From IMG/VR virus record IMGVR_UViG_3300042691_048250: a DNA stretch of 64,000 bases, one strand, 5' to 3'. The number at the start of each line of letters is the position of its first letter. Position 1 is the first letter of the stretch. The DNA is from an uncultured virus (IMG/VR IMGVR_UViG_3300042691_048250) (Duplodnaviria > Heunggongvirae > Uroviricota > Caudoviricetes). The notes beneath the pieces are model-generated. The model was given only the letters and a program-made list of their open reading frames with translations, was not told the origin of the DNA and did no database searches. A program made the translations under genes and the position numbers. Shown in pieces: positions 59,489 through 64,000 of this stretch.

Positions 59489-59555
59489 TAGGTAAGTGCT
59501 CACTAACCTACTGTTTTTAGGGTGGTTGACCAAAAATACCCATTTCGGTTATACT
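59489..59555 (+). promoter_or_regulatory. Early promoter with upstream palindrome
   Basis: TAGGTAAGTGCTCACTAACCTA; TTGACC-18-TATACT. Confidence 0.8.
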
Positions 59556-59584
59556 ATAGATACAGTAAACAAAAAGGAGCAGAT

Positions 59585-59863
59585 ATGTCATACTACATCA
59601 TAGTCAAAGCAACCGGACTTATCGTCAGCGATGGTCCCAACTCCACTCGTGCTTATCGCACTGAAGGTGCCGCCAAGGCCACCATAACTCGTTTGGTCAA
59701 AAAAGCCGGTTGGAAAGGCAACGAATTCCAAATCACTCCAACCCGCGATTACCAACCACGCATGGTCACTCGCAAAAACCTGATGTCGGGCAAAGAGTTC
59801 CAGGAGGATGTGAACACTCCTTATTTCTGCTCGCCGGCCAGCGAATCCTACTGGAGCATGTAA
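59585..59863 (+). CDS. Conserved early hypothetical protein
   Basis: AAGGAG SD; NLMSG...TPYFCSPASESYWSM. Confidence 0.75.
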   Translation: MSYYIIVKATGLIVSDGPNSTRAYRTEGAAKATITRLVKKAGWKGNEFQITPTRDYQPRMVTRKNLMSGKEFQEDVNTPYFCSPASESYWSM

Positions 59864-59865
59864 GC

Positions 59866-60264
59866 ATGGGGTTGAAGATCATGGAAGAAATCACGGTATG
59901 GGATGTCCCATACCGTCAACCCAATCATGTGTATCTCATGAGCGGCGACAAGGCCGTGGCGTATTCAAAGTGGGGGCAAGGTCCAGCCGAATACTTCAAC
60001 CAACCTCAACGCATCGATCGCCGGGGTCGCAAGTTCATCGAAATCAAAAACAATAAGTGGAAGTTCGATCTCACCGTCCGGACCGACTTGGAAGTATCAG
60101 AGAAGCCTAAAGGCCAGACTTGGATCGTAGCCAGTTCCAAAGGCGGAGAATATACTGTGAGCCTCGACGCAGGACATTGGTCATGCACTTGCCCGGGACA
60201 CGGTTTCCGTGGTCGTTGTCGTCACGTGGATGAACTGCGAGCATCAAACCCGCAACAGGGATAA
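59866..60264 (+). CDS. SWIM zinc-finger protein
   Basis: SSKG..YTV...WSCTCPG..FRGRCRH. Confidence 0.8.
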   Translation: MGLKIMEEITVWDVPYRQPNHVYLMSGDKAVAYSKWGQGPAEYFNQPQRIDRRGRKFIEIKNNKWKFDLTVRTDLEVSEKPKGQTWIVASSKGGEYTVSLDAGHWSCTCPGHGFRGRCRHVDELRASNPQQG

Positions 60265-60295
60265 ACTTAGGTTCCATCCCATATTTACCCAAAAC

Positions 60296-60320
60296 AAAAC
60301 CGCCTCAGGGGCGGTTTCGT
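60296..60320. terminator. Likely bidirectional terminator
   Basis: AAAACCGCC-TCAGG-GGCGGTTT between convergent genes. Confidence 0.7.
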
Positions 60321-60345
60321 CGTTCGAAAATCCGGTGCGCCAGGA

Positions 60346-60510
60346 TTACTTCTTGGCGTCCTTCTTGTCGTCCTTTTTTGCTTCTTTCTTCTCTTCTTTC
60401 TTCACTTCGGCTTTCTTTGGCTCTTCTTTCTTAGCAGGAGCTGCAGGCGCCTGGGCAAATGCTACGCCGGCGGCAAAGAGGCCAGCGATAAGGGTTGCGA
60501 TTGCTTTCAT
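60346..60510 (-). CDS. Small secreted Lys/Glu-rich protein
   Basis: Signal peptide ending AFA; GGAGG SD; TAAATA upstream. Confidence 0.7.
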   Translation of the reverse strand: MKAIATLIAGLFAAGVAFAQAPAAPAKKEEPKKAEVKKEEKKEAKKDDKKDAKK

Positions 60511-60740
60511 GATTCCTCCAATTGGATAAAAAGCGGATTGGGCTGGACCATCCAGCCCGTTGGTATTTACTGTTTTCTTGCTGACCTGGCGTGTTTTTTT
60601 CTGGACAACTTGGTTGTTGACCATAAAAGGTAGAATTTGTACAGGAAATTATGCCGTTTTAGTAGATTTTACGTGAACTTGCTGTTATTATTATAAGACG
60701 CTGTAAACAACACAGCGACTTTATATAGAAAGGTAAAACT

Positions 60741-61010
60741 GTGAAATTTATCAATCCTGAAACCAAGACGTTCCGTGTTTTCCAAGCTCTGCAAGAAGGT
60801 CAGACCCTGACCACCGCTAAAGCCAAGAAAATGGGCATTGGCAATCTCAACGCCGAAGTGTATCGCATCCGCCAGCATGGCTTTGCTGTGTACGCTAACC
60901 GCCGTACCGCTGGCAATGGCGTGCGTGTGACCGAGTACGTTTTGGGCAAACCCAGCCGTAACATGGTCGCTCTTGCTTACAAAGCACAGAGCCTTGGTAT
61001 CACTCTGTAA
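60741..61010 (+). CDS. Winged-helix-like DNA-binding protein
   Basis: LQEG..LT...N..AEVYRIRQHGFAVY; AAAGG SD. Confidence 0.65.
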   Translation: MKFINPETKTFRVFQALQEGQTLTTAKAKKMGIGNLNAEVYRIRQHGFAVYANRRTAGNGVRVTEYVLGKPSRNMVALAYKAQSLGITL

Positions 61011-61046
61011 TACCAACTCGCTGGTCTGATCTCACAGACCACACTC

Positions 61047-61076
61047 AAAAAAGCCACTCAACCTGGGTGGCTTTTT
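61047..61076 (+). terminator. Rho-independent terminator
   Basis: AAAAAGCCAC-TCAACCTGG-GTGGCTTTTT. Confidence 0.8.
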
Positions 61077-61077
61077 G

Positions 61078-61107
61078 TTGACCGGAAACTCTATTGTAGT
61101 GTATAAT
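61078..61107 (+). promoter_or_regulatory. Early promoter
   Basis: TTGACC-18-TATAAT. Confidence 0.7.
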
Positions 61108-61141
61108 AAGTTCTGTTCGTAAATATTCGCAAGGATAATTC

Positions 61142-61651
61142 ATGCCAAATTGGTGCCAAAATACCGCAGTGATCAATGGGCCCAAGCCCGTGATCGATGA
61201 AATCAAAAACATCATCTCAGAAGAAAAAGGTCTGCTGAATTGGATGTGCCCTATGCCCCAAGCCGAATCAGAGAACTGGTACGATTGGTGTTGCTCAAAC
61301 TGGGGAACCAAATGGGATGTAACTGAACCCTTTGTCAGCGATGATACTGAAGAAGATTCGATCACACTGAGTTTTGACACTGCCTGGGCACCACCGTCGA
61401 CAGCCTTCAGGTCATGGGCCGAAAGAGATGGTCGGGTGACCTACAAGTTGTCGTATATTGAAACCGGTATGGGTTTTGTGGGCTGGGAAGGCTATGACGG
61501 CGAATACTTTGATGAAGACCATGCGGAACAAGGTCAAGACTCTGCGAGATACTGGGAGATGGCTGCAGAAGAATTTGGCATGGAGCCTGACGAAGACCCC
61601 GAACCACTGACCGAGTGGTATGAGCAAGGTGTGCGAGAAAAAGGATTGTGA
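61142..61651 (+). CDS. YubB/DUF1281 ferredoxin-like domain protein
   Basis: MPNWC.N, WYDW...NWGTKWD, FDTAWAPP. Confidence 0.8.
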   Translation: MPNWCQNTAVINGPKPVIDEIKNIISEEKGLLNWMCPMPQAESENWYDWCCSNWGTKWDVTEPFVSDDTEEDSITLSFDTAWAPPSTAFRSWAERDGRVTYKLSYIETGMGFVGWEGYDGEYFDEDHAEQGQDSARYWEMAAEEFGMEPDEDPEPLTEWYEQGVREKGL

Positions 61652-61992
61652 TCATGGAAAACTTTATCATAGGCTTGGTCGTTGGTGTTATTCTTACAGC
61701 CTTGGTGATCAGGATTGCACTGCATCTGGCAGTACGCCGCGCCGAGGAAACCTTGGAGGCCCTGGAACAGGCCATAGAAAACCTGCAGGCCAACATGATT
61801 CCGGCCCGTGTAGAACAGCATGATGGTATGTTCTATGTGTACAATGCTCGTGACAACAGTTTCATCGCACAAGGTACCTCCCTGGCCGAACTGCGAAGCC
61901 GCATTGAGCGGCGCATGAAAGATGCTCACGTCGTGGTGCAAGAAGGCGACCCAGCAGTGCTTGAAGCCCTGAAGGCCACTAATCATGCTTAA
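61648..61992 (+). CDS. Membrane-anchored hypothetical protein
   Basis: N-terminal TM; FIAQG. Confidence 0.65.
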   Translation: MIMENFIIGLVVGVILTALVIRIALHLAVRRAEETLEALEQAIENLQANMIPARVEQHDGMFYVYNARDNSFIAQGTSLAELRSRIERRMKDAHVVVQEGDPAVLEALKATNHA

Positions 61993-62170
61993 ATGGTTGC
62001 GCTACAGTGGTGCGTCCATAGTGATAGCCGTGAATCCTCTGTATTGGAAGGCCTGGCCTTGGTATCGCAATGAGACCAATCAAGAATGGCCCAGCCCAAG
62101 CGGGGGTACCTGGGCAGTGGGATTTTTGTTCCTGACAGTGAGGATCTGGATCGATGATGGGTCTTGGTGA
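61985..62170 (+). CDS. Small hypothetical protein
   Basis: W-rich, ends IDDGSW. Confidence 0.6.
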   Translation: MLKWLRYSGASIVIAVNPLYWKAWPWYRNETNQEWPSPSGGTWAVGFLFLTVRIWIDDGSW

Positions 62171-62333
62171 AGCGGCCGATATCCGGTGGTGGTATGAGTT
62201 CTTGACCGAAGAGTGTGGACTCACGATAGGTCAGGATTGGTGTTGGGGCTGGAAAGACGATGCCTGGGCCATAGAATTCACTGACGCCAAACAGGAGACC
62301 CGAGTGCGATTAAAACTGCGCGATGACACATAA
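62154..62333 (+). CDS. Small hypothetical protein (59 aa, not in ORF track)
   Basis: Open frame filling the gap, overlapping both neighbours. Confidence 0.5.
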   Translation: MMGLGEAADIRWWYEFLTEECGLTIGQDWCWGWKDDAWAIEFTDAKQETRVRLKLRDDT

Positions 62334-62523
62334 GACCGTGCTTACACGCCGAGAGCTTGAGCGTGCCGCACTGTGGTTGCAGTTGAACAAAGATTATGAT
62401 TCGGTCATGATTGTGCAGAAACACAAGAATGGCGTTGGCATAGCGACCTGGGCGAGATTTTTCAATCGCGACAGCCCAGATCGCTATGAAGAAATTGATG
62501 TGACAGAATATGAGGAATGGTAG
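62323..62523 (+). CDS. Small hypothetical protein
   Basis: NGVG motif, ends DVTEYEEW. Confidence 0.6.
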   Translation: MTHKTVLTRRELERAALWLQLNKDYDSVMIVQKHKNGVGIATWARFFNRDSPDRYEEIDVTEYEEW

Positions 62524-62596
62524 ATAAATGACAAATGTAAACAACTGGCAGTTGAAATCAGGATCTTTTGCCATGGATCTTGACTTTGCCGCAAAA

Positions 62597-62825
62597 TTGA
62601 TCAAAGAACATTTTGGAGTCAAATGAAAGAGCGAATTCGAGAACTTGCTGAACAGGCCAATCTAACTATTGCTCGCAGTTCGCTATGGCAATATCAAGTC
62701 AATAAATTCGCTGAGTTGATCGTGCAGGAATGTGCCGCAATCGCAGACAAAGAACGACCCAACTATGTTGGTTGTGGATACATCACTAAGACCAAGGGCA
62801 TGTTGATCAAAGAACATTTTGGAGT
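62597..62825 (+). repeat. 23-bp direct repeat TTGATCAAAGAACATTTTGGAGT (62597-62619, 62803-62825)
   Basis: Exact match; both copies encode LIKEHFGV. Confidence 0.85.
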
Positions 62826-62835
62826 TGAAGAATGA
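62623..62835 (+). CDS. Small phage protein (ERIRELAEQA...KFAELIV...KEHFGVE type)
   Basis: GGAG SD; characteristic termini. Confidence 0.7.
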   Translation: MKERIRELAEQANLTIARSSLWQYQVNKFAELIVQECAAIADKERPNYVGCGYITKTKGMLIKEHFGVEE

Positions 62836-63050
62836 AAGTATCAGCCAACGGAGTAGAAGGACAGTTGATTTGGTGCGGCGACGGAGTCTACAGATTCCGT
62901 GTTTATACAGACGATTTTGAATTCACAGATTACGACCTTTTACACAGCGATTTGTCTGTGATAATTACTGATTCCGATGCTACATTCTATTCTGATGAAC
63001 AAGGTAACAGATTAGATCATAGCCCGCAAACATTGGGAGTTGAACGATGA
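62832..63050 (+). CDS. Small hypothetical protein
   Basis: FRVY..F.DYDL.HSDL...LDHSP.TLG. Confidence 0.65.
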   Translation: MKVSANGVEGQLIWCGDGVYRFRVYTDDFEFTDYDLLHSDLSVIITDSDATFYSDEQGNRLDHSPQTLGVER

Positions 63051-63772
63051 AAGTATATATTTCTAACTATAGGGATCACTGGTACAGCCCTTACACGATC
63101 ATCGAGGGTGTGTTCTTTTGGACAGACTGGTCCAAATGCGGTCGCTGGACACTGACACAAACACTGGAAGATGAACAGCGAGAAAAAAGCCAGTGGGTGG
63201 ATCATCCTGGGTGGGTTGACCGCTGGGCAGATAGGATCGAACCCATCAGCCGCGCTATCAAATGGGTGTTGGACAAGATCCATCCGCCTTTGAACTATGT
63301 CAAGATCGATCGCTGGGATACCTGGTCCATGGATCATACCTTGGCTTCCATCGTGTTGCCCATGTTGCGACAACTCAAAGAAACCAAACATGGTGCTCCA
63401 CTGGTAAATGACGAGGATGTGCCAGAGCATCTGCGTAGCACTGCCGCTCCGCCCAAGAAAAACGAGCACGATACCGATGACAATCATTTCCTGCGTTGGG
63501 ACTGGGTCTTGGATGAAATGATCTTTGCCTTTGAAAAGAAGAACCAAGACGATTGGAGTTCAGAGTTTCACTCCGGAGAGATCGACATGTTGTGGGTGCC
63601 AGTGGACAAAGATGGCAATGAGGTTGACAAAGGCGATCACAAGTATTACAAAATGAAGCACGGTCCTCAGCACACCCACGAAGTTGATATGGATGGCATG
63701 ACAGCAGTCCAGGATCGCATAACCAATGGTTTCCGCTTGTTTGGCAAATATTACGAAGCACTTTGGGACTAA
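63047..63772 (+). CDS. Conserved T4-like hypothetical protein
   Basis: IDRWDTWSMDHTLA, WDWVLDEMIFAF, GFRLFGKYYEALWD. Confidence 0.8.
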   Translation: MKVYISNYRDHWYSPYTIIEGVFFWTDWSKCGRWTLTQTLEDEQREKSQWVDHPGWVDRWADRIEPISRAIKWVLDKIHPPLNYVKIDRWDTWSMDHTLASIVLPMLRQLKETKHGAPLVNDEDVPEHLRSTAAPPKKNEHDTDDNHFLRWDWVLDEMIFAFEKKNQDDWSSEFHSGEIDMLWVPVDKDGNEVDKGDHKYYKMKHGPQHTHEVDMDGMTAVQDRITNGFRLFGKYYEALWD

Positions 63773-63852
63773 CATGACACAGAGTCATACTACTCGGCGA
63801 GACCCTCAGGGAGATTTGTATTGCTGGAAGGTAGCACAACCGGAGTTGAGAT

Positions 63853-64000
63853 TTGACTAAAATTGTGTCAATTCGCCCCACTGAAAACCTATTCAGCGTG
63901 ACATGGATGCTGGGGAGCCGGTGCAACTACGATTGCATGTACTGTGATCCTGAGTGGCATGACATGACCAGTACTCCGCATGATCTTGGCACATTGAAAC
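63853..64000 (+). CDS. Radical SAM protein, N-terminal part (runs off window)
   Basis: TTG start after GGAG; W.LGSRCNYDCMYC. Confidence 0.8.
   Translation, partial: MTKIVSIRPTENLFSVTWMLGSRCNYDCMYCDPEWHDMTSTPHDLGTLK

Noticed and set aside
60617..60636. Early promoter TTGACC...TAGAAT
   Set aside because: Spacer only 8 nt; no acceptable -10 at 17-18 nt
1..64000. Bacterial chromosome or prophage origin
   Set aside because: Host-like genes are isolated among T4-like replication and virion genes with phage late promoters; no integrase or host operon context
1..64000. Stop-codon reassignment
   Set aside because: Conserved genes are full length in the standard code and end at TAA, TAG and TGA (e.g. 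nrdA TAG, aceA TGA)

Overview
Gene-dense 64 kb segment of a large T4-like (Caudoviricetes, probably jumbo) phage. It carries T4-type replication genes (UvsW, clamp-loader small subunit, primase, helicase, ATP-dependent ligase, NrdAB and glutaredoxin), virion genes behind TAAATA late promoters (PAAR, tail fibre), and early small-ORF clusters behind sigma70-type GGTTGACC-N17/18-TATAAT promoters. It also has many host-derived genes: porin, IscU/IscA, ClpX, two ClpP, ClpS, Hsp20, bS21, isocitrate lyase, desaturase, UvsE, amidinotransferase, an NDP-sugar dehydrogenase, radical SAM enzymes and 2OG-Fe(II) oxygenases. The porin type suggests a betaproteobacterial host (inference). Most interesting: (1) a ~230 nt highly base-paired intergenic element with its own promoter (33491-33725), a candidate unclassified ncRNA; (2) PhaR-like TGCASTGCA boxes upstream of aceA, a phasin-like gene and a small gene, suggesting a link to host PHB status; (3) two stripped-down DnaE-family proteins (189 and 566 aa) that keep their catalytic Asp motifs; (4) a conserved operator-like palindrome at early promoters. 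No CRISPR array, tRNA or rRNA was recognised. All calls come from motif recognition by eye; no searches were run.
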